In this document: positions 36,721-49,300 of the stretch, in pieces
How positions within the stretch are numbered: the first letter of the stretch is position 1
How the letters are laid out: each line of letters starts with the position of its first letter
DNA from: Mobula hypostoma
Lineage: Eukaryota
Assembly (NCBI RefSeq): GCF_963921235.1
Contig: NC_086098.1
Span: 9,176,001-9,240,000 of the forward strand
Reading direction: 5' to 3'
Length of the DNA: 64,000 bases
Notes under the pieces: model-generated
Told to the model about the DNA's origin: nothing
Databases searched by the model: none
What the model saw: only the letters and a program-made list of their open reading frames with translations
Position numbers and translations under genes: made by a program

Positions 36721-38356
36721 CAATGCCACATATATAAGGTTCCCATTGTCTTTATTCAGAAAGTTATTCCCTTACATTGGCAAATGGCAGTTCCCTCCCT
36801 CTTCTTCATTGAAGGTTAGAGTGGAATCATAAAAAACTGAAGAGTGGTCAATTTGATACTTGTTGTCGGGAAGTCACCAGCAATTATAATAAAGGATACT
36901 GTCTGAACAGCGTGAAAAAACATGAAGTCACCTCTCCAAATTTCTAATCTGTTTTCAGGTGTTAGGGATCCCCACTTTTACCAAAGTTGACAAATGTCCT
37001 CCAACGGGATGGAGGTATGGCTGTGGAGAGCCGCAATCTTTTGGGGAAAGGCTGGGCAGACAAAAATTTAGAAAACAGAGGAGAATGTGCCTCTTGTCCA
37101 TCTCCTGAGTAAACGCACATGCAAAAATAATATTTAAAATCTCCCTCGTATGTTTTGTCTCCTCATATGGATTACCATTCTGATCTTCCATAGGATTAAT
37201 TTTTTCCCTTCAAGTGCCTCCCTCAGGGATGTTTCATCTTGTGCCACATAGAATTTTGGGTCGTTCATTTAAAAAGGAGATAGTTTTTGTCTTTTGAGTG
37301 GGTCTTGAGTCTTTAGAACTCTTCCTCAAAGGGAAGAAGAATTTTGAAATCATTTTAGGTAGAGGTAGGTAGTGTCTTGATAAGGGGGTGAAAGGTGCCA
37401 GTAGGTTGCAGATTGAAGGTTTGAGATTATATTCAAAGCTGCAAAGTCTTACTTAATGGTACATCAGGCTCAAGGAACTTTTGTTTATAATAATGTCAAA
37501 TTGTGAAAAGTTCTTGTAACTTGTGGTATGTTTGTATTTATGAGAGAGCAAGATTGTAATATGCCATTTTACCTTTTGTTTTGCTGTTCCAGCAGTCATC
37601 AAAAATAAAACAGATACATTTCAAAGTTAGACCAGTGTTTAAATGAGACCAGGGAGAGTTGATTTCATTTAATTTGCTCTGCTTGTTATTATTTTGACAT
37701 TTATTTTACATACTGACGGTAGAGGAAATAAGGAAGTGATATAATTTTTGTGCCTTGCAGCTAATTATCTGGAGGAGGAGACACCCCTCCATCGAACGAT
37801 GTCTGAGCTTTTTTCTCTATATTTCTGGATAAGCAGATTTGGACAGGGTGTTAGGCTGTCTTGCCAACTACAACTTTTTTTTGTGTTGCATCAGAAGCTA
37901 TGTGTTTAAGATAAATTATGCTTTAGGGTGGAATTCCTTACTTAATTTTTTGCCAAAGACTTGACTGTGAGTAATAGACAGTACAGTAGAGCTTTAGCAG
38001 AATGCAGGAGCAGCCATTGTGAGGTCCACTTTAGGGAGTGAAGAATGTGATGATACAATGAGAACCATGTGTTAGGGCAATTGATGAAGGGAAATATTTG
38101 CCTATGGCTCTACTTTTTCCCATTCATTCCTTGGCTGGATTTATTTTCACCCATCTCTTTGTATGTTCAAATGTACTAGAGATTAATGTAACCCTTTCCA
38201 GTGGAACGTTTATCGTCTTAGGGAGGAGAAAGGACTGTTTATCATTTCATTGGTTCACGTGTGCCTCCAGCAGCCGGTTCACCATGTAGGACTTTTAGGA
38301 GGTAGTGAGTTCCACCTACCCTTTTGAGAAGGTGGAATGCAATGGGACAGGAGTGT

Positions 38357-38545
38357 AGCACGCACAACATTCTGGAGGAACTCAGCAGCTGAGGCAGCAT
38401 TTGTAGAGGGGAATAAAGAGTGTTTCAGGCTGAGGCCCTTCATCAGGACTGGAAAGGAATGGGGGAAAACGCCAGAATAAGAAGGTGCGGGAAGGGGAAG
38501 GAGGACAAGGTGGGAGGTGATTAGTGAAGCCAGGTGAGAGGACAG
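38357..38545 (-). mobile_element. PLE pLTR fragment
   Basis: ctggaggaactcagcagc..tgtttcaggctgaggcccttcatcaggactgg. Confidence 0.8.
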
Positions 38546-38999
38546 GAGTGTTTTTTTTTGTTTCTGAAGCTGTTCAAAATATAGAGGATGTGATCATCAT
38601 CTGAAAAATTCTATCCCTTGTGCTCCAGAAGCAGCTTAAAGACTTTATATAAATGCATGCTTTTATTGAATTTAAATATATGTTAGCTCATTTGTATAAA
38701 TGCAAGCATCCACCAAAATGCAAAACTAGATCATGTATTCTCTGAAAGGCGAATGGGTAATTATCCTGACTGTTAGCTAAGCGAGCCTGATAAACACAAC
38801 AGGGATTGAGAGTATGACAACAATTCAGAATTATTTAATGGGTCCAGAATCTGAATTGGTTATCCAATCAAGAAATAGAGTGGGAATAAGGAGGTCTTTA
38901 TCAGGATGACAGATTATGACTATTGAGGTACTGCAAGGAATAGACTATTCAGTCTTTATCAAGATCTATCCTGTGCTCAACATATTGATGCAATTATGA

Positions 39000-39672
39000 A
39001 GAAGGCAGGTCTGCTGCTTTATTTCATTAGGAGTTTGAAGAGATTGGTATGCCTCCAAAGATTCTAACAAATATCTACAGATGTACCATCGAGAGCATTC
39101 TAACTGGTTGCAACACCAACTAGTGCGGAGGGGCCACTGAACAGGATCAGAAAAAAACTGCAGAGGGTTGTAAACTCAGCCAGCTCCATCGTGGGCACTG
39201 GCCTCCACAGCATTGAGGACCCCATACCCAGGACATGCTCTCTTCTCATTGCTACTATCAGGAAGGAATTACAGGAGCCTGAAGACAAAACTCAACATTT
39301 TGGAACAGCTTCTTTCCCTCTGCTATATTTCTGAATAGTCAATGAATCGACCCCTGAACACAACCTCTCTTTTTCCATTACTTATTTAATTTAATATTTT
39401 GTATATATATTTCCTTTTGTAATTTATAGTAGTTTTTAATGTACAGGTTGACCATCACTAAGCCGGCACCATTGGGACCTGAGGAGTGCCGGATTAGTGA
39501 AAATGCTGAATTGCAGAAGGATCACGTTAAGCATAATCCGTGCTGGATTATTGAAGGAACCGGATTACAGGTAGTCGGATTAGTGAAGGTCGACCTGTAT
39601 TACACTGTACTGCTACCACAAAACAACAAATTTCATGGCAGTTGTCAGTGATACTAAACCTGATTTTGATTC
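39000..39672 (+). mobile_element. Rex1/Babar-type LINE 3' fragment interrupted by a MITE
   Basis: FIRSLKR..MPPKILTNIYRCTIESILTGC..LQRVVNSASSIVG..FSLLLSGRNYRSLK; tail aaacctgattttgattct. Confidence 0.8.
39444..39597. mobile_element. 154-bp Tc1/mariner-pogo-type MITE
   Basis: TA|caggttgaccatcactaagccggc ... gtcggattagtgaaggtcgacctg|TA. Confidence 0.85.
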
Positions 39673-39679
39673 TCAGTTA

Positions 39680-40205
39680 TTTACCCAAAGGGACCAAATC
39701 TGCAGACAAAACTAAGCTAGGTAGGATTCTGAGAATGGAGCAAGAGGCTTCCAGGGCACACGGACAACAATAGTAAGGGATAGAAGCACAACAGATGAAA
39801 CAGAATGTGGGAAAAACATTTGACAATCTACAATGGGATACATATCAGTATTTGTTAAATGGTGAAGAATTAGGTATTACAGATGTTTAAAGAGACCTAT
39901 GTATCATTGGATACAAGTTGCTGAAGGCCAACATACAGATGTAGCAAATGCCGTGTTAGTCTTTATTGGGAAAGGGTTTGAGAAAGGGAGTAAGGAAGCC
40001 TTTCCGCAGTTGTACAGAGAACTGCATATGGATTATCATGTTCTGTTTGGCCTCCTTGACAAAGAAAGGATGTAATTGCTATAGAGGGAGAATGCAGCAC
40101 AGCTTCAGTCGACTTGTTCCGGAGATGGCAAGTTTGCTCTTTGAAGAGGAAGTGAGTGCTCTAGATCTTAAAGACCGAAAGGAAGTCTCATGGACGCATA
40201 CGTAA
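39680..40205 (+). mobile_element. Old CR1 RT C-terminal fragment, continuing at ~41670-41755 and ~42090-42230
   Basis: gcagacaaaactaagctaggt..agagacctatgtatcattgga..cttgttccggagatggcaagtttg. Confidence 0.6.
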
Positions 40206-40209
40206 AGCA

Positions 40210-41667
40210 TTGGCACTGCTTCCTGCACGCATGCTGAGCTCGTTGCCTCCAACTTTCACCCTACCCTCAGGTTTACCTGGTTCATTTCCGATACCTCGCT
40301 CCCCTTTCTTGACCTTTCTGTCTCTATCTCTGGAGACAGCTTATCTACTGATATCTACTATAAGCCTACGGACTCTCACAGCTACCTGGACCATTCCTTC
40401 TCCCACCCTGACTCTTGCAAAAATCCCATCCCCTTCTCGCAATTCCTCTGTCTCCACTGCATCTGCTCTCTGGATGAGGCCTTTCATTCCAGGACAAAGG
40501 AGATGTCCTTTTTTAAAGAAGGGGGCTTCCCTTCCTCCACCATCAACTCTGCTCTCAAACGCATCTCTCCCATTTCACTTACATCTGCTCTCACCCCATC
40601 CTTCTGCCACCCCACGAGGAATAGGGTTCCCCTTGTCCTCACCTACCACCCCACCAGCCTCCGGGTCCAACATATAATTCAACGTAACTTCCGCCACCTC
40701 CAATGGGATCCCACCACTAAGCACATCTTTCCCTCCCCCCGCTTTCTGCTTTCCGCAGGGATCGCTCCCTACGCGACTCCCTTGTCCATTTGTCCACCCC
40801 CATCCCTTCCCACCGATCTCCCTCCCAGCACTTATCCTTGTAAGCGGAACAAGTGCTACACATGCCCTTACACTTCCTCCCTTACCACCATTCAGGGCCC
40901 CAGACAGTCCTTCCAGGTGAGGCGACACTTCACCTGTGAGTCGGCTGGGGTGATATACTGCGTCCGGTGCTCCCAATGTGGCCTTCTATATATGGGCGAG
41001 ACCCAGCGCAGACTGGGAGACAGTTTCGCTGAACACCTACGCTCTGTCTGCCAGAGAAAGCAGGATCTTCCAGTAGACACACATTTTAATTCCACATCCC
41101 ATTCCCATTCTGATATGTCTATCCACGGCCTCCACTACTGTAAAGATGAATCCACACTCAGGTTGGAGGAACAACACCTTATATTCTGTCTGGGTAGCCT
41201 CCAACCTGATGGCATGAACATTGACTTCTCTAACTTTTGTTAATGCCCCATCTGCCCTTTGTACCCCATCCCTTCCTTCCTTCCTTCCTTATTTATCTTT
41301 ATCTCTGTCTCTGTCTCTCTCGCTCTATACTCCTTGCCCAGCCTCTGGGTCCCCTCCCCCTTTCTTTCTGCCTAGGCCTCCCATCCCATGATCCTCTCCC
41401 TTCTCCAGCCTTGTATCCCTTTTGCCAATCAACTTCCCAGCTCTTAGCTCCATCCCTCCCCCTCCTGTCTTCTCCTATCATTTTGGATCTCCCCCTCTCC
41501 CTCCCACTTTCAAATCTCTTGCTATCTCTTCTTTCAGTTAGTCCTGATGAAGGGTCTCAGCCCGAAACGTCGACTCTTCCTATAGATGCTGCCTCGCCTG
41601 CTGTGTTCACCAGCATTTTTTGTGTGTGTTGCTTGAACTTCCAGCATCTGCAGATTTCCTCGTGTTT
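40210..41667 (+). mobile_element. PLE (Neptune-like), 5'-truncated: RT C-terminus, Cys-rich linker, GIY-YIG endonuclease, pLTR
   Basis: NFHPTLRFT..LPFLDLSV..YYKPTDSHSYL; ORF 40503-41243 CKRNKCYTC..GVIYCVRCSQCGLLYMGET..FAEH..HFNS..LEEQHLI..QPDGMN. Confidence 0.95.
41540..41575 (+). ncRNA. Minimal hammerhead ribozyme, perfect core
   Basis: agtc ctgatga (41544-41550) a ggg-tctcag-ccc gaaac (41564-41568) gtc gact. Confidence 0.85.
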
Positions 41668-41756
41668 TCATTTTCTAAAAGAACTTGACAGTTCAGATGT
41701 AGTGAGGATGTTTCCACTGGCTGGGAAGTTCGGGGATCACAATTTCAGAATAAAGT

Positions 41757-42088
41757 GTGACACGGTGATGTAGCAGCTTCTTTTACACTTTGCAGTACCA
41801 GTGATCAGTGTTCAACTCCCACCGCTGTCTGTGAGGAGTTTGCATGTTCTTCCTGTGACCGCATGGGTTTCCCCCGGGTGCGCCAGCTTCCTCCCACGTT
41901 CCAAAGACATACAGGTTAGTAAGGGTTAGTAAATTGTGGTCATTCAGTGTTGGTGTGGGAAGTGTAGTGACACTTGCAGACTGACCCCAGCACATCCTCG
42001 GAATGTGTTGGTCATTGATGGAAATGGCGCATTTCACTGTATGTTTCAATGCGGATGTGACAAATAAAACTAATGTTTAAATCTTTAA
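41757..42088 (+). mobile_element. V-SINE with non-CR1 tail
   Basis: B-box-like gttcaactcc; core gtgaggagtttgcatgttcttcctgtgaccgcatgggtttcccccgggtg..ttcctcccacgttccaaagac; tail gatgtgacaaataaaacta. Confidence 0.82.
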
Positions 42089-42484
42089 AGATTAGAGTAC
42101 GAAGTTAAGTGAAATTTCTTCACCAAGGGTGAAGAAATTTTCTACCCCAGTGGATGCTCAGTTATGGTGCTCATTCAAAATGCAGATTGCTGTATGACTG
42201 GGCAATAAGGGAACCAAGAGATTTGGGAATAGAGATGGGAAATAGCACTAAGCTACCAGTTCTCTTACTGCGTAACCTGAATACTGCAGAAGGTGAGCAT
42301 GGGCATTTAACGGGTAGCTTAGTTTACCCCAACTTCAAGCTTTTTATAACTATTTAGTAAACAACAGTTGAATATCTGGCCCACATTTCTGCCCTGCAGT
42401 ATTACTGCTAACCCATTTATGTACATCGTTCATGAAGTTTGGCTTGAATCCAGAATCTTCTTTGTTAGGATACACTAAAAGACC

Positions 42485-43024
42485 TCCTGTATCTAATAAA
42501 CTGGCCACTGAATGTATGTTCATGGTCTTCTGCTGCTGAAGCCCATCCACTTTAAGGTTCAACGTGTTGTGTGTTCAGAGATGCCTTTCTGTACACCACT
42601 GTTGTAACATGTGGTTATCTGAGTTACTGTCGCCTGTCTGTCAGCTTGAACCAGTCTGAGTATTCTCCTCTGACTTCTTTCAATTAACAAGATGTTTTCA
42701 CCCACAGAACTGCCACTCACTGGATTTTTTTTTTCATTTCTCACACCGTTCTCTGTAAACTCAAGAGACCATTGTGCCTGAAAATCACAGAAGATCAGCA
42801 GTTCCTGAGATATTCAAACTATCCTGTCTGGCACCAACAATCACTCCACAGTTAAAATCACTTGGATCACATTTCTTCCCCATTCTGATGTTTCGGTCTG
42901 AACAACAATTGAACCTCTTGACCACGTCTGCTTGCTTTTATGCATCGAGTTGCTGCCACATGATTGGCTGATTAGATCTTTGCATTAATAAGCAGGTGTA
43001 CCTGAAAAAGTGACCATTGAATGT
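42485..43024 (-). mobile_element. Internally deleted Tc1-like element encoding only the DNA-binding region
   Basis: Minus frames MGKKCDPSDFNCGVIVGARQDSLNISGTADLL and RSQRRILRLVQADRQATVTQITTCYNSGVQKGISEHTTR; terminal motif ending tgaatgta at 43024 and 42516. Confidence 0.85.
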
Positions 43025-43299
43025 AACTGCTACCATTCAAATGAAAACTGGAGGACTATGTGGGAAGGAATTGTTAGATTAATCTTTGAGTTGGTTAAAA
43101 GGTCAGCACAACATTATGGGCCAGTACTTTCCTTTAATGTTCTGTGCTCATCTGGGTCAAGCTAACAGTAGTGCTGACCAGTGAAATGCAAGTTATTTTA
43201 CTTGTTTCCTGTTATTTTTCCTCTGATGAGATCACCCCTTTATTGTTGCTTCCGGGATGATGGCGGGAGAGCTTAAACTGTTCTCTAAACTGATAACGA

Positions 43300-43530
43300 T
43301 AGACACCCCATGCTGGATCACTGCCTGCCCTGACTTTTTTTTAGACACCCCACCCTGATTATATCTTTTTGTAGATACCCCACCCTGGATCCTTTTTTTT
43401 GTAGACATCCTGCCCTGGATCTTTTTTTCTGTAGACACCCCCCCCCCACTCTATATCTTTTATTTTAGACGCACCCCAGATCTCTTTTTTGTAGACACCC
43501 CACCCTGTATCTTTTCTTTTTAGACACCCT
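43300..43530. repeat. Minisatellite, ~8 degenerate units of ~28-40 bp
   Basis: Recurrent tagacacccc(acc)ctggatc(t)n. Confidence 0.85.
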
Positions 43531-43589
43531 GTGATGGTTTTCTGCTTGTCCTAGATCTTCTTTTAACAACTGTCCTCATCTTCTTGGAC

Positions 43590-44667
43590 AGCCCATGATG
43601 GTTCTCCATTATTGATGCTGCCCTCACCCGCATCTCCTCCATTTCCAGAATATCTGCACTCACCCCTCCCTTGCCCTCTTAACAATGATAGAGTTCCGCT
43701 TGCCCTTACCTACCACCCATGACCCTCCATATCCAACACATTATTCTCAGCAAATTCCACCATGTGCAAATGAATATACCATCAAACGTATGTTTACCTT
43801 GCTGCCCTCCACTTTCTGCAGAGATCGCTCCCTCTGTGTATCCCTTGTCCATTCGTCTCTCCCACTAATCTCCCTCCCGGCACTTATCCCTGAAAGTGGC
43901 CACAGTGCTACACCTGCCCATTCACCTTCTCCCTCATCTCCATTCAGGGCCCCAAGCAATCCTCCTAGGTGAGGCAAAACTTCACCTGCGAATCTGCTGG
44001 GGTTGTCTATTGTGTCTGGTGCTCTTGATGCTGCCTGTACATTGGTGAGACCCTTTGTAAATTAGTGGACTGCTTCGTCGAGCATCTCTGCTGCATCCAG
44101 CAAAAGCAGGACTACCTGGTGGCTAGATATTTTAATTCCAGTTCCCATTCTCGTTCTGACCTGTCGGTCCATGGCCTTCTTTTTGCCAAGATGGGACACC
44201 CTCAGGATAGAGGAGCAACACCTTATATTCTGTCTGGGTATTTTCCAACCTGATGGCATGAATATCTATTTCTCCTTCTGGTAAAATAAAATTCCTTCCC
44301 TCCCCTCTTCTTCTATTTCCCACTCTGGCCTCTTACCTCTTCTCACCTGCCTATTACTTCTCCCTGGGTCTGTTCCCTTTCTGCTATGGTCCACTCTCCT
44401 CTCCTATCAGATAGATTCCTTCCTTTCTGCCCTTTTCCTTTTCTACCCTCTTGGCTTCACCTATCGCCGTCTAGCTATCCTTCTCCCCCCCCCCCATCTT
44501 TTTATTTCTGGCGTCTTTCCCCTTTCTTTTCAGTTCTGAAGAAGGATCTTGGTCCAAAATATCGACTGTTTATTCATTTCCATGGATGCTGCCTGACCTG
44601 CTGAGTTCCTCCAGCATTCTGTGTGTGTTGCTCTGGATTTCCAGCATCTGCAGAATCTCTCGTGTTT
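43590..44667 (+). mobile_element. Degenerate PLE 3' portion (linker, GIY-YIG, pLTR)
   Basis: FTCESAGVVYCVWCS*CCLYIGET..FVEHL..YFNSSSHSRSDLSVHGL; pLTR 44530-44667. Confidence 0.88.
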
Positions 44668-45112
44668 CAAAGATTCAAACTGCGTATGTACACAGAATGC
44701 AACTGTGAGATTCGTCCACCTACAGGCAGCCCTGAAACAAAGAAACGCCATGGAACCCATTCAAGAAAACATCAAACATCCAATGTGCAAAAGCGATAAA
44801 TTGCACAAACGACAAAAAGTGTGCAAACGCATAAAATATCAAACATGAAGTGATTTGTAATCCATTGCCTGTAATTGATCCTTGATTTCAATCTTGTCTG
44901 CTGTTGTGGACTGTTCTAGCACCGGAAGTGCAAAGATTTGCTAACAGTAAAATAAAGACAAAGACTTATGTGCTAAATGAATAGCAATAAAGCCAATATG
45001 ATCTAACAATAAACAGATAACATTTTATAAATAAACTTGTTTAAAAGATCATGAATCACATTAACAATTTTATTAAATGATGTTTTTAAATATAAAATTT
45101 TTGGCTTTTCCT

Positions 45113-45805
45113 TTCAAAGTTCAAAGTAAATTTACTATCAAAAGACATTTATATCACCAGATACTACCCTGAGATTCATTTTCTTGCAGGCATTCATAGT
45201 AAATAGAAATAAACAATGCAATCAATGAAAACACACACAACAAATAAGGACAAACAGTCAGTGTGCAAAAGACAACAAACTGCAAATACAAAAAGGAGAA
45301 AAAAGTAATAATAATGTATAAGCAATAAATTTTAAGAATCTGATTTGTAGAGTCCTTACAAGTATCCATAGGTTTTGTGAATATGATATCATCACTTGCT
45401 TAAAAGGTCATGAGTCCATCATGGGTGCTAATCTCCCTAGGATTGAGGACACCTTCAAAAGCAATGCATCAAAAAGGCAGTGTCCATTATTAAGGACCTC
45501 CATCATCCAGTATATGCCCTCTTCTCATTACTACCATCAAAGAGCAGGTACAGGAGCCTGAAGAGACACGGTCAACATTTCATTTGAGCCTCTTCCCCTC
45601 CGCCATTAGAATTCTGAATAGACAATGAACCCATGTACACTACCTCAGTGTTTTTCCTTTCTTTTTGCACTACTATTTAATTTAATTTTATACATATTAT
45701 TGTAATTTATTAATTTTTCATTCTCGTTGCAGTGTTCTGCTGACACAAAACAAATTTCACAATGTACGGAATGTTAGTAATATTAAACTTGATTCTGATT
45801 CTGAA
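45113..45805. mobile_element. Two Rex1/Babar-type 3' fragments in opposite orientation (45113-45380 minus, 45405-45805 plus)
   Basis: Minus tail ttcaaagttcaaagtaaattt; plus IIKDLHHPVYALFSLLPSKSRYRSLK with tail aaacttgattctgattctga. Confidence 0.72.
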
Positions 45806-46371
45806 TTTCATCAAGAATTTTATTACATGAATTTTAAAGATGGAACTTTTTGATGTTTCCTTTTGTGGATATGCTATCCTTATTGATGTCCCATCATTTG
45901 CACATGCCTTAATGTATTTATTTTCAAATATAATCCCTTGTATGTGGATTATTCCAGTTTCCTTTGCAACTTCTTTACCTCCTTGTTCTGACCTTGGCAC
46001 AGCAACGTCACAGTAGGGTTGGCAATGCAGTCTTATGTGCTTCAGTTCTTCCCTCTGGATCTCTAGCTGCTGATTTAAATGATTATTAATGGTAATGTTA
46101 ACACATAAGATGACTAAAATATGTACTTGGTCTTTAGCCTGGATAACATAGTAGCAGAAAGTCATTTGTAGTTTTGTGCTATAGCTTGTGTAACAAGGGT
46201 TAAAAGTGGAAAGAAAAGGATAAATTATATTGAATACTTGTTGTGTTTAATTGAACCTAATTAATGTACACATCTCCCTTAATCTACTGACCTGATTATG
46301 GTACTAAAGACTTGTGATCCAGGACCAGCTGCATTGCTGTACCAAGTGTTGCATGACTTGGAAGAAAGAAA

Positions 46372-49300
46372 GAAATAATATTAAATCATTAGAAAGGGAT
46401 GATATGGAATCAGAAAGCATAGAGTCTTTATGGGTTGAATTAGGAAATGGCAAGGGTTAAAGGACCCTAATGGCAATTGTATACAGGCCTCCAAACAGCA
46501 GCTGGGACGTGGATTACAAATTACAGCAGGAGATAGAAAAGGCGTGTCAGAAGGGCATTGTCATGATAATTGTTGGGGATTTTAACATGAGAGTGTATTG
46601 GGAAAACCAGGCCAGTACTGGACCTCAAAAAAGAGAATTTATAGAAAGTCTGAGGGATGGCTTTTCGGAACAGCTTGTTGTTGAGCCCACTAGGGGATCG
46701 GCTGTACTGAATTGGGTGTTGTGCAATTTTCCAGAGGTGATAAGAGAGCTTAAGGTTAAGGAACCCTTAGGGAACAATGATCACAATATGACTGAGTTCA
46801 TTCTGAAATTTGAGAAGGAGAAAATAAAATCCAATGTGTTGGTATTTCAGTGGAATAAAGGAAATTATAATGGCATGAGAGGGGAACAAAGGGACTCGAG
46901 CAGGAAGGACAGCAGAGCAGCAATGGCTGGAGTTTCTGTGAAAGCTAAGGGAGGTGCAAGACAGATATATTCCAAATGAGAAGAAATTTTCGAATGGAAG
47001 AAGGACACTACTGTGGCTGACAAGTGAGGTCAGAGCCAAAGTGAAAGCAAAAGAGAGGGCATACAAGGAAGCCAAATCTAGTGGGAAGATAGAGGATTGG
47101 GAAAATTTTAAAAACTTGCAAAAGGAAACTAAGAAGGTCATTAGGAAGGAGAAGATGGATTATGAAAGGAAGCTGGTGACTAATATCAAAAAGATACTCA
47201 AAGCTTTTTTAAGTATATAAAGGGTAAAAGAAAGTTGAAGACAGATATAGGACCAATAGAAAATGACGCTGGAGATATTGTAATGAGAGATGCAGAGATG
47301 GCAGAGGAACTGAATGCGTATTTTGCATCAGTCTTCACAGTGGAAGACATCTGCAGTGTTCTGGACATTCAAGAGTGTCAAGGAAGTGAAGTATGTGCAG
47401 TGAAAATTACGACTGAGAAGGTGCTCAGTAAGCTTAATGGTCTGAGGGTGGATAAATCTCTTGGACCTGATGGAATGCACCCTTGGGTTCTGAAGGAAGT
47501 AGATGGAGAGATTGCGGAGGCACTAACAATGATTATTCAAGAATCGATAGATTCTGGCATTGTACCGGATGACTGGGAAATTGCAAATGTTACTACATTA
47601 TTTAAGAAGGTTGGGAGGCAGCAGAAAGGAAACTATAGACCTGTTAGCCTGACATCAGTGCTTGGGAAGTTGTTGGAATCAATTGTTAGGGAAGAGATTA
47701 CGGAGTACCTGGAGGCACATGACAAGATAGTTTCCTGGCAGGAAATTCTTTCCTGACTAACCTACTGCAATTTTTTTGAGGAAGTTACAAGCAGGGTAGA
47801 CAAAGAAGATACAGTAGATAGGTGTACTTGGATTTTTAGAAGTCCTTTGACAAGGTGCTACACATGAGGCTGCTTAGAAAGATAAGAGCCCATGGAATTA
47901 CAGGGAAGCTCCTAGCATGCATGGAGCATTGGCTGATCGGCAGAAAACAGAGAGTGTGAATAAAGGGATCCTGTTCTGGCTGGCTGCCAGTTTCCAGTGG
48001 AGTTCCACAGGGGTCAGTGTTGGGACCGCTGCTTTTTACAATGTATGTCAATGACTTGGACAATGGGATTAATGGATTTGTGGCTAAATTTGATATAAAG
48101 ATAGGTGGAGGAGCAGGTAGTCTGGAGGAAACAGAGAGCCTGTAGAGAGACTTAAATAGTTTAGGGGAATAGTTAAAGAAGTGGCAAATGAAATACAATA
48201 TTGGAAAGTGTATGATCATGCACTTTGGCGGAAGAAATAAACAGACAGACTATTATCTAGATGGAGGGAGAATTCAAAATGCAGAGGTGCAAAGGGACTT
48301 GGGAGTCATTGTGCAGGATACTCTAAAGGTTAACCTCCAGATTGAGTCAGTGGTACAGAAGGCAAATGCAATGTTGGCATTCATTTTTGGAGGTATAAAA
48401 TATAAGAGCAGGGATGTGATGTTGAGGCTCTATAAGGCACTCCTGAGACCACACTTGGAGTATTGTGTGTAGTTTTGGGCTCCTTATTTTAGAGAGGATA
48501 TACTGACATTGATATCCTGGGTATGACTCTAAGCCGCAACCGGTGATGAGGCTCTGATTGGGCACTTTTAGAGCTTTGGGGAAAGTGGAGTTACCCCTTA
48601 GTCATTCATTGCTCCCAGGGCCGCTCTGACCTGGAATGGTAGCACCTGCAAGGGTTCCTGCTCAGGATACGAGCGAAGGCCAATGGCAGATCCGGCAGGT
48701 TCAGTAACTGAACTTATGACAGAGAAGGCAGATGAGCTAGGACCTCAAATGTCAATGGCTATAGTACAGGTGGATGAACATTTGGGAAGAGAAATGGCAA
48801 TTTCTTTAGTTCGCCCATCCGAAGGCAATAGCAAACCACCGTTGCTATATACTAGGTTTCCTAGAATCTATTTGCTTAGAAAACCATGGTCAAACTCACA
48901 AAATGTATCACACAACAACAGCATCAAGAGGATCTTCAAGACAATTCTGAAGATGCTTCACTCGGTAAGGTTGATTCTGGTCAGCAGGGGATCCCCGACC
49001 GTCATCAAGCTACTGCTCATAAAAGCTGAAATAGGTAAAGAACAATGTGGTTTTGTGAAAGACAACACAAAAGCATTTGATAAAGTGAAGCACAATAAGT
49101 TATTTGAAATATTACAGAAAACTCTGGATCTAGATCGAAAGACCTCCGCCTAATCAGAAATCTGTACTGGGAACAAACTGCTGCTGTAAGAATAGATGGA
49201 GAAGTGAATCAGTTTAAAAAAAATCAAGAGAGGCATTGGACAAGGGTGTGTTTTCTCCCCTGATTTATTTAATGTGTACAGTGAAACAATATTACAAAAA

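Noticed and set aside
37761..37850. Exon after tgccttgcag acceptor (NYLEEETPLHRTMSE)
   Set aside because: No convincing donor and no recognised peptide
40503..41243. 246-aa ORF as a functional GIY-YIG nuclease gene
   Set aside because: Fragment of a 5'-truncated, frameshifted PLE with other decayed copies in the window
43300..43530. CRISPR-like repeat array
   Set aside because: Degenerate tandem units without unique spacers, no cas genes, eukaryotic context
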